DNA of 64,000 bases from Opitutia bacterium (GTDB lineage Bacteria; Verrucomicrobiota; Verrucomicrobiia; Opitutales; Opitutaceae), in contig CANJVR010000001.1 in assembly GCA_947478395.1 (NCBI GenBank), forward strand, positions 832,001 through 896,000, written 5' to 3'. Of the stretch, positions 18,998 through 27,946 are shown piece after piece. Position 1 is the stretch's first letter. The number at the start of each line of letters is the position of its first letter. The notes beneath the pieces were generated by a model. The model had not been told where the DNA came from, did no database searches, and saw only the letters and a list, made by a program, of their open reading frames with translations. A program made the translations under genes and the position numbers.

Positions 18998-20881
18998 ATG
19001 AAACCCAGCGGCAAAGTCATCGCCCTCGTCCTTCTTTTCGTCGGCCTCGTGCTCATTAACTACCTCGCCTCGTCGCTGCCCGTGCGCGTCGACGCCACCG
19101 CGGAGCGGATCTACACGCTCTCGTCCGGCACCCGGGCCCTGCTCGGGAAAGTCGAGGAGCCGATCATACTCGATTTTTATTTCTCCAAATCTGCCAGTGG
19201 CCTGCCCATCGCGTACAAGAACTACGCCGCCCGCGTGGAAGAAATGCTTCGGCAATACGCCCGCGGATCGCGGGGCAAGATCACGCTCAACGTCATCGAC
19301 CCGCGCCCCGACACGCCCGAGGAGGAACGCGCCACGGCGGCCGGCATCCAGCCCCAGCTCATTCCTGCGACGGGCGAGCAAATCCAGTTCGGCCTCATCG
19401 CGACTCAGGCCGACCAGCAAAAGCTCCTTTCGACGCTCACGCCACAGCGCGAACAATTTCTCGAATACGATCTCTCGCAGCTCATCTACAGCGTGCAGCA
19501 GATCGACAAAAAGAAGCTCGGCCTCCTGACCAGCCTGCCGCTGCAAGGCACCAGCCCGCAGGAAATGCAAATGATGATGATGATGCGCCAGCAGCCGCAG
19601 CCCGGGCAGTTCGTCGTCAGCGAATGGGAAAAAACTTTTCAGATCGTCCGCGTCGAAGCCTCCGCCACCGAGCTCCCCGCCGGCCTCGACGCGCTCGCCG
19701 TGATCCATCCCCAAAATCTCCCGCCCAAACTTCAGTTTGCCATCGATCAATTCCTGCTCGCGGGCAAGCCCGTGTTCCTCGCGGTCGATCCTTCCTCCCA
19801 ATATTTCAAACGTCAGGGTGGTCAGCAGGCCATGATGGGCGGACCTCAGCCCAACGTTTCATCGGATCTGCCGGCGCTCCTTCACGCTTACGGGGTGAAT
19901 TACGATTCGCAAAAAGTTTCCGGCGACCTCGATCACGCCGCCCAAGTCCAAACGCAGAGCGGCCAGGCGGCGCGTTTTCCCCTGTGGATGAATCTCCGTC
20001 ACGAAAATTTCAACGCGACGTCGCTCGCCACGGCCCAGCTTAATTCCGCGCTGTTTATCGAAGCCGGATCGCTCTCTTTCACGCCAGCCCCCGGTCTAAC
20101 GTTCACGCCCCTCGTCGAAACGTCGGCGCAAGCGGGCGACGTCGCCGCCGCTTCCCTTCAATTTATCCAGCCCGAGGAAGCGGCCCGCCAGATCGTGCCC
20201 TCGGGTAAGCGGACGATTGCCGCGCTCATCACCGGAAAATTCAAAACCGCCTTCCCTGAGGGCCCGCCCAAAGATGAGAAAACCGCCGACCCCGCAGCCG
20301 GACCGAAACCCGAAACCCCGACTGCCGCACTCGCCGAGTCGAAGACGAGTTCCGCGTTGTTCCTGATCGCAGACACCGACTGGCTTTTCGACAACTACAT
20401 GTTCGATATGCGCTATCGGAATGCGGGCATGCTTGTGCCGATGAACGACAATCTCGCCCTCGCTTCGAACTCGCTCGATTTCATCTCGGGATCATCCGAC
20501 TTGATCTCGATCCGCGGCAAAGGCACGTCGGTCCGTGATTTCGAAGTCGTCCGCACGATGGAAATTTCCGCCCAGAAAAAATATCAGGAAAAACTCACCG
20601 CCCTGGAAGCGCGCCTGCAACAAGTGCAGGCCAAGCTCACCGAACTGCAGGGTAAGAAAGGCGAAGCCAACCGTCTCGTCGTCTCACCGGAAGTGATGAA
20701 GGCCATCGAGGATTTTCAAAAGCAGCAGTCGGCCATCCAGAGCGAGCGCCGCCAAATCCGCCGCGCGCTGCGCGAAGACACCGACGCCCTCGAGAACCGG
20801 CTGCTCCTCGTCAACCTGCTGAGCGGTCCGCTCCTCATCGGGGCCTTCGGCCTCTGGTTCGCGCGCAGTCGGAAGAAATAA
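18998..20881 (+). CDS. GldG-family ABC auxiliary protein
   Basis: N- and C-terminal TM helices; DATAERIYTLS, IDPRPD, LEYDLS, IDQFLL, LISIRGK, coiled coil. Confidence 0.9.
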   Translation: MKPSGKVIALVLLFVGLVLINYLASSLPVRVDATAERIYTLSSGTRALLGKVEEPIILDFYFSKSASGLPIAYKNYAARVEEMLRQYARGSRGKITLNVIDPRPDTPEEERATAAGIQPQLIPATGEQIQFGLIATQADQQKLLSTLTPQREQFLEYDLSQLIYSVQQIDKKKLGLLTSLPLQGTSPQEMQMMMMMRQQPQPGQFVVSEWEKTFQIVRVEASATELPAGLDALAVIHPQNLPPKLQFAIDQFLLAGKPVFLAVDPSSQYFKRQGGQQAMMGGPQPNVSSDLPALLHAYGVNYDSQKVSGDLDHAAQVQTQSGQAARFPLWMNLRHENFNATSLATAQLNSALFIEAGSLSFTPAPGLTFTPLVETSAQAGDVAAASLQFIQPEEAARQIVPSGKRTIAALITGKFKTAFPEGPPKDEKTADPAAGPKPETPTAALAESKTSSALFLIADTDWLFDNYMFDMRYRNAGMLVPMNDNLALASNSLDFISGSSDLISIRGKGTSVRDFEVVRTMEISAQKKYQEKLTALEARLQQVQAKLTELQGKKGEANRLVVSPEVMKAIEDFQKQQSAIQSERRQIRRALREDTDALENRLLLVNLLSGPLLIGAFGLWFARSRKK

Positions 20882-20963
20882 TCACGACGTTTCGGCCGAC
20901 ACTCGCGCGCTTGGGGCAGCCCCAAGTTCATTTTCACCCGCTTTCCTATTTTTCTGTTTCCCG

Positions 20964-22106
20964 ATGAAACTTCGCACGCTCCTTATCGCTGTCGCCGTTC
21001 TGGCGGCTCTCTCTCTCGCGGTCTTTTTCGCGAGCCATCCGTCCGCGGCGGTCAGCAACGATGCCCGTCTCGGCCACGCGTTGCTCGATCAAGCGGTCAT
21101 CGAGCAAGCCACCCAGCTCCGATTCTCCGACGAGGGTAAGACCATCTCGCTCGTCAAACAATCCGATGGGTCCTGGCGCGTGCCGGCTTACTACGATTTT
21201 CCGGCCGATGTGGCGAAGATCGCCCGTTCGGTCAGCGAATTGTCCGAGGCCAAACTCACCCGCCTCGTGACCACGAACCCGGAGCGAATTGCCCGGCTCG
21301 AGTTCAAGGACAGCCAGATTTCGCTCCTTGGCGCGGGCGACAAGCCACTGTGGACGGTCACGCTCGGAAAAACCAACGAGAGCGGAGGCCGCTTCGTTCG
21401 TTTCGGCGCCGAGCCGAAAGCGTATCTCGCCTCGCTCAACAGCAACCTCGACCTCGAGCCGAAAAACTGGGCGCGGACCGACTTACTCAGCCTGAAATCC
21501 GAGGACATCGCGCAACTCGAGATCCCATTCGACCAGGCCGCCCCCATTGTGGTCACCCGCGAAAAAAAGGACACACCGTTCACCTCCGCCAATCTTCCCA
21601 CCGGGCAAAAATTGAAAGCAGATCGGATCACTTCGACCCTGAACAGTCTAACGGCCCTCGCGTTCACCGAGACCAGTGATCCGAGCGACGCCAATGCGGT
21701 GGCGGCAAAAGCAAATCAACGTGTTTTCAAGCTCAAGACCTTCGACGGAAAAAACTACACCGTGGCGCTCGGCCGCAAACCCGAGGAGAAAAAAATCAAG
21801 GCGCCGGTGGCGGACGAAAAGGGCGGCCTCGCGGCTTTAGGAAAATCCACCGACTTGCTACCGCAGGGCGGTGACGCGAAACCGGGCGAGCCGAAGTCCG
21901 CGACGGACGCACTGACGAAGATTCAACCCGAATTTGAAACGATCCCGGCCGGACCGGTTTACGTGTCCGCGACGAGCAGCGATGAGAAAGCTTCGGTCAA
22001 CGCGCTCATGCAAAAGCGCGCCTTTCAAATCAGCGATTACGTGCTCACGAGCCTGCCGCAAAAGCCCGACGAGCTTTTCGAACCCGCGCCCGCCGCGGCC
22101 AAGTAG
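20964..22106 (+). CDS. DUF4340 domain protein
   Basis: N-terminal anchor, W.V...PAD motif, internal repeat; usual fourth gene of GldAFG-like operons. Confidence 0.8.
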   Translation: MKLRTLLIAVAVLAALSLAVFFASHPSAAVSNDARLGHALLDQAVIEQATQLRFSDEGKTISLVKQSDGSWRVPAYYDFPADVAKIARSVSELSEAKLTRLVTTNPERIARLEFKDSQISLLGAGDKPLWTVTLGKTNESGGRFVRFGAEPKAYLASLNSNLDLEPKNWARTDLLSLKSEDIAQLEIPFDQAAPIVVTREKKDTPFTSANLPTGQKLKADRITSTLNSLTALAFTETSDPSDANAVAAKANQRVFKLKTFDGKNYTVALGRKPEEKKIKAPVADEKGGLAALGKSTDLLPQGGDAKPGEPKSATDALTKIQPEFETIPAGPVYVSATSSDEKASVNALMQKRAFQISDYVLTSLPQKPDELFEPAPAAAK

Positions 22107-22147
22107 TTTGCGCGACTGATTGGGCCTGCCCCCAACTCTCCCCTTTA

Positions 22148-22181
22148 CACGTATCAACGCTTTCATATGCGTTGATATGTG
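22148..22181. promoter_or_regulatory. AT-rich inverted repeat overlapping the metF start; candidate operator or translational hairpin
   Basis: CACGTATCAACGC-N8-GCGTTGATATGTG, 12/13 complementary. Confidence 0.55.
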
Positions 22182-23060
22182 ATTTCGCCCGACCGAGCCA
22201 TCGCCGATCTTTTCGCGCTGCAACGCCCCCTGCGTTCGCTGGAGTTTTTCCCGCCCAAGGATGAAGCCGGCGTCGATGCGCTGCGGGCTACGGCCACCGC
22301 GCTCAAGCGGATGAATCCGGATTTTGTCTCGGTCACGTACGGAGCTGGCGGCACCACTCGCGATCGCACGGCGCAAATCTGCGATTTTCTGAAACGCGAT
22401 TTTGGGTTCACGGTGATGCCGCATCTTACGTGCGTGGGTCACACCCAGGCCGAGCTTTCCGAGGTGGCCGACCGCATTTACGCCGGCGGTTTCCGCAACA
22501 TCATGACGCTGCGCGGCGATCCGCCGAAGGGCGAGACGACCTTCACGCCCTACAAAGATGGACTGCGCTACGCGAGCGATCTGGCCGCGTTGCTCAAGGA
22601 GCGCCACCCCGATTTCTGTCTCGGCGTGGGCGGGTATCCGGAAAAGCACCCGGAAGCGCCGAGCGCCGAAGCGGACCTCGCCAATCTGAAAACCAAAGTC
22701 GATGCGGGGGCCGCGTTCATCACCACGCAGCTCTTTTTCGACAACGCCGTCTATTATCGCTTTGTCGACAAATGCCGCGCGGCCGGGATTACCGTGCCGA
22801 TTGTCCCGGGCATCATGCCCGTGCTTTCGCTGAAACAAATCCAGCGCTTCACCACGATGTGCGGCGCCACCTTGCCGCCAAAACTCATCACGCGATTGGA
22901 AGCCGGGGCGGAAAACACCGAGGTGGTTGAAACCATCGGGATCGATTGGGCGCTGACTCAGATCCGGGATCTCATCGCCCACGGCGCACCCGGCTATCAC
23001 CTCTACATTTTGAATCGCGCCAAAGGCGCCCTCGCGTTGGCCGCGGGACTGGCGGCGTAG
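22179..23060 (+). CDS. metF: 5,10-methylenetetrahydrofolate reductase
   Basis: SLEFFPPK, SVTYGAGG, PHLTC, LRGDPP, GYPEKHPE, TQLFF, PGIMP, HLYILN. Confidence 0.97.
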   Translation: MISPDRAIADLFALQRPLRSLEFFPPKDEAGVDALRATATALKRMNPDFVSVTYGAGGTTRDRTAQICDFLKRDFGFTVMPHLTCVGHTQAELSEVADRIYAGGFRNIMTLRGDPPKGETTFTPYKDGLRYASDLAALLKERHPDFCLGVGGYPEKHPEAPSAEADLANLKTKVDAGAAFITTQLFFDNAVYYRFVDKCRAAGITVPIVPGIMPVLSLKQIQRFTTMCGATLPPKLITRLEAGAENTEVVETIGIDWALTQIRDLIAHGAPGYHLYILNRAKGALALAAGLAA

Positions 23061-23470
23061 GAGCAGGGTCCTTCGGCCCGGCCGGCACCGCTACCTCCCA
23101 GCCAATTTTTTTCCCAACCTCACAAATGCCCGCGGCCTTCAAAGGCGTGAGCATCGCCGACTGCGGCCAGACCGCGGGAGTGAAAGCCAGCGCCGTCAGA
23201 GCTAACAGAAAGCGACTGACGGAAAGCGTGTAGGGAGTAATCAGGGGGAGCGGGGCGGGGTTGAACTACGACCGACGAGACAAAGCAGAGAGGGTGACGA
23301 GACCGGATCAGCGGTAGAGTCTAAGGCTAAATCAAGCGGCATCGCCTCCGTATTTTAAAACGGTGCACGATTCGGTCTTGGCTTGGAAAAAAGAACGGCC
23401 GCATTTCTCTTTCGGGAGCACTCCAACCCGCCGTATCGCCAAATCGCCCGAACCTTGCCCCCCCATCACG

Positions 23471-24436
23471 ATGAAAACTCTCCCCACCCGCTCCGCTCAA
23501 CGGCTTGGTCTTGCTGTGATACTGGCGCTCGCAACCCCGGCATTCCTGCCGGCTCAGGCCGGCCGGGGGCAGGAACCGTCCGCGAATCTGCGCGAAGCCA
23601 CTGCCTTCATGAAGGCCGACAAAACGGCCGACGCCATCGCGGCGGTCAAACGCGAGCTCGCCACCAATCCAAACTCGGCGGCGGCGGCGAACCTACTCGA
23701 CACCTTAGGTGCGACGGCGGAGGCGCGAGTCGTCTTCCAACGGCGCATCGAGGCCGCGGCCGATCCGGCGGCGAAGGCCGTGGCGCAGCGCGCGATGGCG
23801 ATGTCATTTGCTTTCGATGGCGACGCGAAGAATACGGTGAAATACGAGGAAATGGTCATCGCCTATTGGGTGACGCGGGAAGCGGCCGAGCCGCAAAATG
23901 CGTTTTATCAACAAGGGGAAATGGCCAATGAAGCGGCGCGCGTTTGCATCGACGCCGGCGATTTCGCTGCCGCCGAAAAATGGTACCGTAAAGGCACGGA
24001 GCTGGGTCTCAAGGAGCCCGATCCGAAAACACATCCGAAAAGTTTGTGGGACTTTCGCCTCGCGCATGCCCTCGCCCGCCTCGCCGCGCGCCACGGAGAC
24101 AAAGCCGAGGCTCAACGGCAAATCGCGGTGGGGCGGAAGATTCTAGATAGTGATCCGAAGATGGCGGAAGCGCAGGAGCGCTATTTCCCGTACCTCGTCG
24201 GCTACGTGGCCCTCTACACCAATGATCTGAAAACGGCGGAGGCGGAACTCACCAAAGCCGTCGCCGGTTTGGGGAACGACCCGTTCATGACGTCACTGCT
24301 CGCGATGACCTTGGAGAAATCGGGACCGGCCGATAAAGCGAAGGAGCTTTATCGCAAAGCCTACGATCTCGCGACGGCGCACAATCCGCCGGCCGCGTTT
24401 GTCCGGCCCTTCGCGCGGAAAAAATTGGGGCTGTGA
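23471..24436 (+). CDS. Secreted TPR-repeat protein
   Basis: Signal peptide from MKTLPT; Ala-rich helical repeats such as AEKWYRKG and AKELYRKA. Confidence 0.75.
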   Translation: MKTLPTRSAQRLGLAVILALATPAFLPAQAGRGQEPSANLREATAFMKADKTADAIAAVKRELATNPNSAAAANLLDTLGATAEARVVFQRRIEAAADPAAKAVAQRAMAMSFAFDGDAKNTVKYEEMVIAYWVTREAAEPQNAFYQQGEMANEAARVCIDAGDFAAAEKWYRKGTELGLKEPDPKTHPKSLWDFRLAHALARLAARHGDKAEAQRQIAVGRKILDSDPKMAEAQERYFPYLVGYVALYTNDLKTAEAELTKAVAGLGNDPFMTSLLAMTLEKSGPADKAKELYRKAYDLATAHNPPAAFVRPFARKKLGL

Positions 24437-24467
24437 GCCGGAGGGCCGCGCCCCCGGCTCCCGGCCG

Positions 24468-25463
24468 TCAGCGGGCCTTGAAGCCGGCGACCGCGTTCAC
24501 CGGCACATACCCGCCGACCTTTAGCCACTTCACCATCAACTCCGGCCATTGGCCAAGCTGAGGATCACCCGGGGACATGCTCGTGCCGTGGGGTCCGACT
24601 TGATAGAAATGGGCTTCGACCGGGACGCCCGCCGTGCGGAGCGCGTTCATCACCTGAATTTCCGGCGTGAGATGTCCACCGTCCTCGATGGTGTTAAACA
24701 TGAATGTTGGCGGCGCATCCGCCGGCTTCTGAGGATTCCGGCCGCCGTAAATGAGCGCCGCAAAATTCGCGCGCGCCGAGGGACGGTCGAGTGGATCAGC
24801 CGCGGTTGGATCGGCATCGGCGATGTTGTTGAAGAAGGCGTCGCCCTCGAGTTCGGAGCCCGCGGAAAAACCGATCACGCCGAGGCGATCCGGCACAAGG
24901 CCGTATTCCGCAGCGTGAGCGCGGATGTAGCGCATCGCCCGGTGCGCGTCCAACTGCGACGCGGTGCGCTGATAATTCGGCCCAATGCGATACCGCAGAA
25001 CGAAGCCCGCCATGCCGTTTCGATTGAGAAATTTCGCGATCTGCACGCCTTCGTTGTCCATACAGCGGTTGGTGAAACCGCCGCCGGCGAGCACCAGAAA
25101 GGCCGCGCCCGTGTTGTTGCCTTTGGCCGCTGGAAAAATGTAGAGGGCCGGCTTGTCTTCGTCGCCAAACGCACCGTTCGCATCCGCCACCGCGCCGGGC
25201 GCGCCGTTGGGCCAGAGCAGAATTGGCTCGGGAATACCGGAGACCGGGCCGGGGCCCATCAGCTTGGCCTGCTCCACGTAGGCCACCTGCCCCGGGTTTT
25301 TCGGTCCACCCAAGATACCACCGATGGCGGGCTCGTCCGCGGCGCGAGCTGTGATAGCGGTGAGATCGAAAGCGCCCAGCAAGGTGACGGCGACCAAGGA
25401 CGCGCGAGAGAAAGGAAAAAAAGTTTTCATGACAAAGAAGGAGGTCGGATGCGAAAGGTTCAC
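24468..25463 (-). CDS. Secreted alpha/beta hydrolase (acetyl/feruloyl esterase-like)
   Basis: LWPNGAPG, GGGF, LRYR, nucleophile GFSAG, HFYQVGPHG; start could be ATG 25430. Confidence 0.85.
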   Translation of the reverse strand: MNLSHPTSFFVMKTFFPFSRASLVAVTLLGAFDLTAITARAADEPAIGGILGGPKNPGQVAYVEQAKLMGPGPVSGIPEPILLWPNGAPGAVADANGAFGDEDKPALYIFPAAKGNNTGAAFLVLAGGGFTNRCMDNEGVQIAKFLNRNGMAGFVLRYRIGPNYQRTASQLDAHRAMRYIRAHAAEYGLVPDRLGVIGFSAGSELEGDAFFNNIADADPTAADPLDRPSARANFAALIYGGRNPQKPADAPPTFMFNTIEDGGHLTPEIQVMNALRTAGVPVEAHFYQVGPHGTSMSPGDPQLGQWPELMVKWLKVGGYVPVNAVAGFKAR

Positions 25464-26635
25464 TTGCTGAAGACTTCGATTTTCAAATCCAGGTTGGCGT
25501 CAGCGCCGGATTTGAACTCGACGAAGAGATCGCTGCGGTCTGAAGGCCGGGCCTTAGAAAAAACGTGATAGTCGTCGATCGTCGGGGACAGCAGCCGGTA
25601 GTGCCCGAAATAGGTTTTCTCCGGCGACGCGCCGCCGCGGCCACCGACGAGGTCGCTGCTAAAGCTATTACTGAGCCAGCGGTTCATCGTCTGGTAGACT
25701 TCGACTTTGTACCGACCCGCGATCGGCCCTTGATCGGCCGGGATCTTAAACAAGCCGAGCGCTTCGCCCGCGGTGGAGTTTAACACCCGGCCAATGATCG
25801 GACCGGCGCCGACAAAATCGACCGGCGTGAAAATGACGTACCCGTGCGGCAGCGTGTGGCCGTTGAGATAGACCATGCCCTTCACCGGGAGTCGCTTCTC
25901 CTCCGTCATCAGGCCACAGAAACGCGTCCACGCATAAAATATTTCAGGCCACGACCCGACCGAGGCATTGTCGGCGGCGAGCACCGTCTTGAGGTCGGCC
26001 TTGGCGAAAAAATGGGCGTCCACCGAAGCGCGAGCAGCCCGCAATTTATTCCAGAGCTCGATCGAGCCCGACAAATTGTCGCCGGTGCTCGTGGACCCCA
26101 CGATAAACGTGGGCGGGAGCGTCCCAGCCGGAGGCAATACCGACGTCGGGCCCCAAATCACCGCGAGCAAATCGGGGCGGCTGGAGAATTTCCCTGCGGC
26201 ATCGGTCGCGGCGACATTGGCCTCGACGACCTGATTATAAGCCGCTTCGGCCGCGATGTCGGCGCCGCCGCCAAAACCGAGCAACGCGACGCGCTTCGCC
26301 GAAATTTTGTATTCGGCCGCGTGCGCCCGCAACTGCTGCACCGCTCGGGCGACGCTGGCCGCTGCTGCCGTTTTGTCCGCGGCCGGGCCGGAGGCCCGAA
26401 AGACGAACGCGGCGAGTCCGCGGTCATTCAGCCACTTTGCCAGCGTGGTGGGGTCGGCCGATTTGGCGGCCGGATCCGGCACGATCAGCACCGCTCCTCC
26501 CGTGTTATCCTTCGCGGTGGGCAGCGAAACCGAATAAGGGGCCGATTCGGCGGCGTTCGAGACGGCCGCAGAAAAGCCCAGCGTGGCCAGACCGAGGATC
26601 AGGCAAAATTTATTTTTCAGGAAACGAGGTAGCAT
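25460..26635 (-). CDS. Esterase-fold protein lacking the catalytic Ser, fused to a C-terminal beta-sandwich
   Basis: Paralog of the downstream gene, with GFGGG in place of GFSAG; C-terminal VKGMVYLNG..LPHGYVIFTP...GRYKVE. Confidence 0.7.
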   Translation of the reverse strand: MLPRFLKNKFCLILGLATLGFSAAVSNAAESAPYSVSLPTAKDNTGGAVLIVPDPAAKSADPTTLAKWLNDRGLAAFVFRASGPAADKTAAAASVARAVQQLRAHAAEYKISAKRVALLGFGGGADIAAEAAYNQVVEANVAATDAAGKFSSRPDLLAVIWGPTSVLPPAGTLPPTFIVGSTSTGDNLSGSIELWNKLRAARASVDAHFFAKADLKTVLAADNASVGSWPEIFYAWTRFCGLMTEEKRLPVKGMVYLNGHTLPHGYVIFTPVDFVGAGPIIGRVLNSTAGEALGLFKIPADQGPIAGRYKVEVYQTMNRWLSNSFSSDLVGGRGGASPEKTYFGHYRLLSPTIDDYHVFSKARPSDRSDLFVEFKSGADANLDLKIEVFSK

Positions 26636-26771
26636 GGTGAGACCGATACAGCGGGGTTGCGAACAGAGCTGGGCTCCGGTCGAGAGGATGAGTGAAGTAA
26701 CAGACGAGCCAAAGAGGGGAAGGATTTAGTCCGCGGCAGAAAATTCTGCTGAGGAATGCGGGACCTTAACC

Positions 26772-26795
26772 CGCGGGCTGGAAGCCTCGCGCTAC
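26772..26795 (-). repeat. GTAG-type REP unit supplying the TAG stop of the adjacent gene
   Basis: GTAGCGCGAGGCTTCCAGCCCGCG; near-identical to 31360-31382. Confidence 0.65.
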
Positions 26796-27946
26796 CTCGG
26801 ATCGAAAAAGGTCAGATCAACTGGATGCCGGTGCTTCACGCCCGAGTGAGCAATCAGGATGATTTCATCGCCCTCGAATTGAATGGAACGCACGCGATCG
26901 AATTTCGGACCCGGCGTGGCGATGCCCATAATGTAGTTCACCCGGGTCGTCTCGGTCGGTCGCAAGCGCAACGCCGTCGGCACGCCCCGCGCGTTGAGCG
27001 AATTCGGGCGCGCCGATTCGTCGAGGCCGTAGTGGAAATAGCTTGTGACATCCTCAACCCCCAGGACCCGACGGTGCCGCCCCAACCACGGCGCGTAATG
27101 ACGTCCGCCGTTGGAATGCCAGAGGATCGTCGAGGCCAGCACGCGTGGTTCCTTGAGCGCAAACCAGACGTAGCCCGGGTTGCCGCTGACGGTGACCGCC
27201 GACCACGCCAGCCCCGCGCTCTTGCGCGATGACACCATCACCAGATCTTCGAAGCCCTCGCGCGCGGGATAGTTGGCGAGATCAGCCCAGCCGCCTTGCG
27301 CCAGTGGAACGTGGCCGAGGCGGGTGAAGGGAGCCCCCGGCTTGAGCGTAAAGTATCCGCCCTGAGCCGGATCCTCGAAGGGCAAGGGGCACACCCGTCC
27401 CTCGCGCCACGGACTCAACGACACTGCTGCCGAACTTCCCTCGGGAAATTGGAGCGTCGCGTGATGGCCGATGGGCATGGGTCCGGTGAAACCGGAGAGT
27501 TCATGCCGGCAATAAAGATTCGTCTCCCCCGCGCGCAGCTGAAGGCGCTTGACCACGCGGCCGGGGCGAATGGTGGGATGCAGTTCGGCCGCGAATTCGA
27601 CCCGCTCGCCGCTGGCCTGCAGCCGCGCCCCTTTCCACCGCGCGCCCGCCGTTTCGCCATGCACCGAATGCGATTCCCCCCGCCATGGCGTCACATTGGC
27701 GCCAAACGGCAGGCAGAAGAAATCTCCGCGCAATGCTCGCAATACCGGCGGCGTTTCGCGCGCGAGCGACTCGCCGCTCCATGGCGCAACGGCAAACGGC
27801 TGCACCGGTCCGCGTGCCGTCTGAAAAGTCACCGGCGCCAGATGCCCGCCGTCCCGCGTGACAAAAGCCTCCACGCAGTCACTGGCAATCCGCCACGAAG
27901 GCGCACCTCGCACCGTCTGGAGCGTCGGCGAAATCCCGCGGCTCAT
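26792..27946 (-). CDS. Hypothetical protein, galactose mutarotase/aldose-1-epimerase-like fold
   Basis: LRGDFFCLPFG, HGE, GHHATL, LGVED; last gene of a sugar operon. Confidence 0.6.
   Translation of the reverse strand: MSRGISPTLQTVRGAPSWRIASDCVEAFVTRDGGHLAPVTFQTARGPVQPFAVAPWSGESLARETPPVLRALRGDFFCLPFGANVTPWRGESHSVHGETAGARWKGARLQASGERVEFAAELHPTIRPGRVVKRLQLRAGETNLYCRHELSGFTGPMPIGHHATLQFPEGSSAAVSLSPWREGRVCPLPFEDPAQGGYFTLKPGAPFTRLGHVPLAQGGWADLANYPAREGFEDLVMVSSRKSAGLAWSAVTVSGNPGYVWFALKEPRVLASTILWHSNGGRHYAPWLGRHRRVLGVEDVTSYFHYGLDESARPNSLNARGVPTALRLRPTETTRVNYIMGIATPGPKFDRVRSIQFEGDEIILIAHSGVKHRHPVDLTFFDPR

Noticed and set aside
19571..19585. (ATG)5 triplet repeat in the GldG-like gene
   Set aside because: In-frame Met-rich loop; length change would not switch phase.
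17341..22106. Gliding motility function for the Gld-like operon
   Set aside because: This ABC architecture is widespread in non-gliding bacteria and no other gliding genes are present.
22972..23250. Minus-strand signal-peptide-like stretch (SRFLLALTALAFTPAVW)
   Set aside because: No standard start, short, and runs into metF; at most an unidentifiable remnant.
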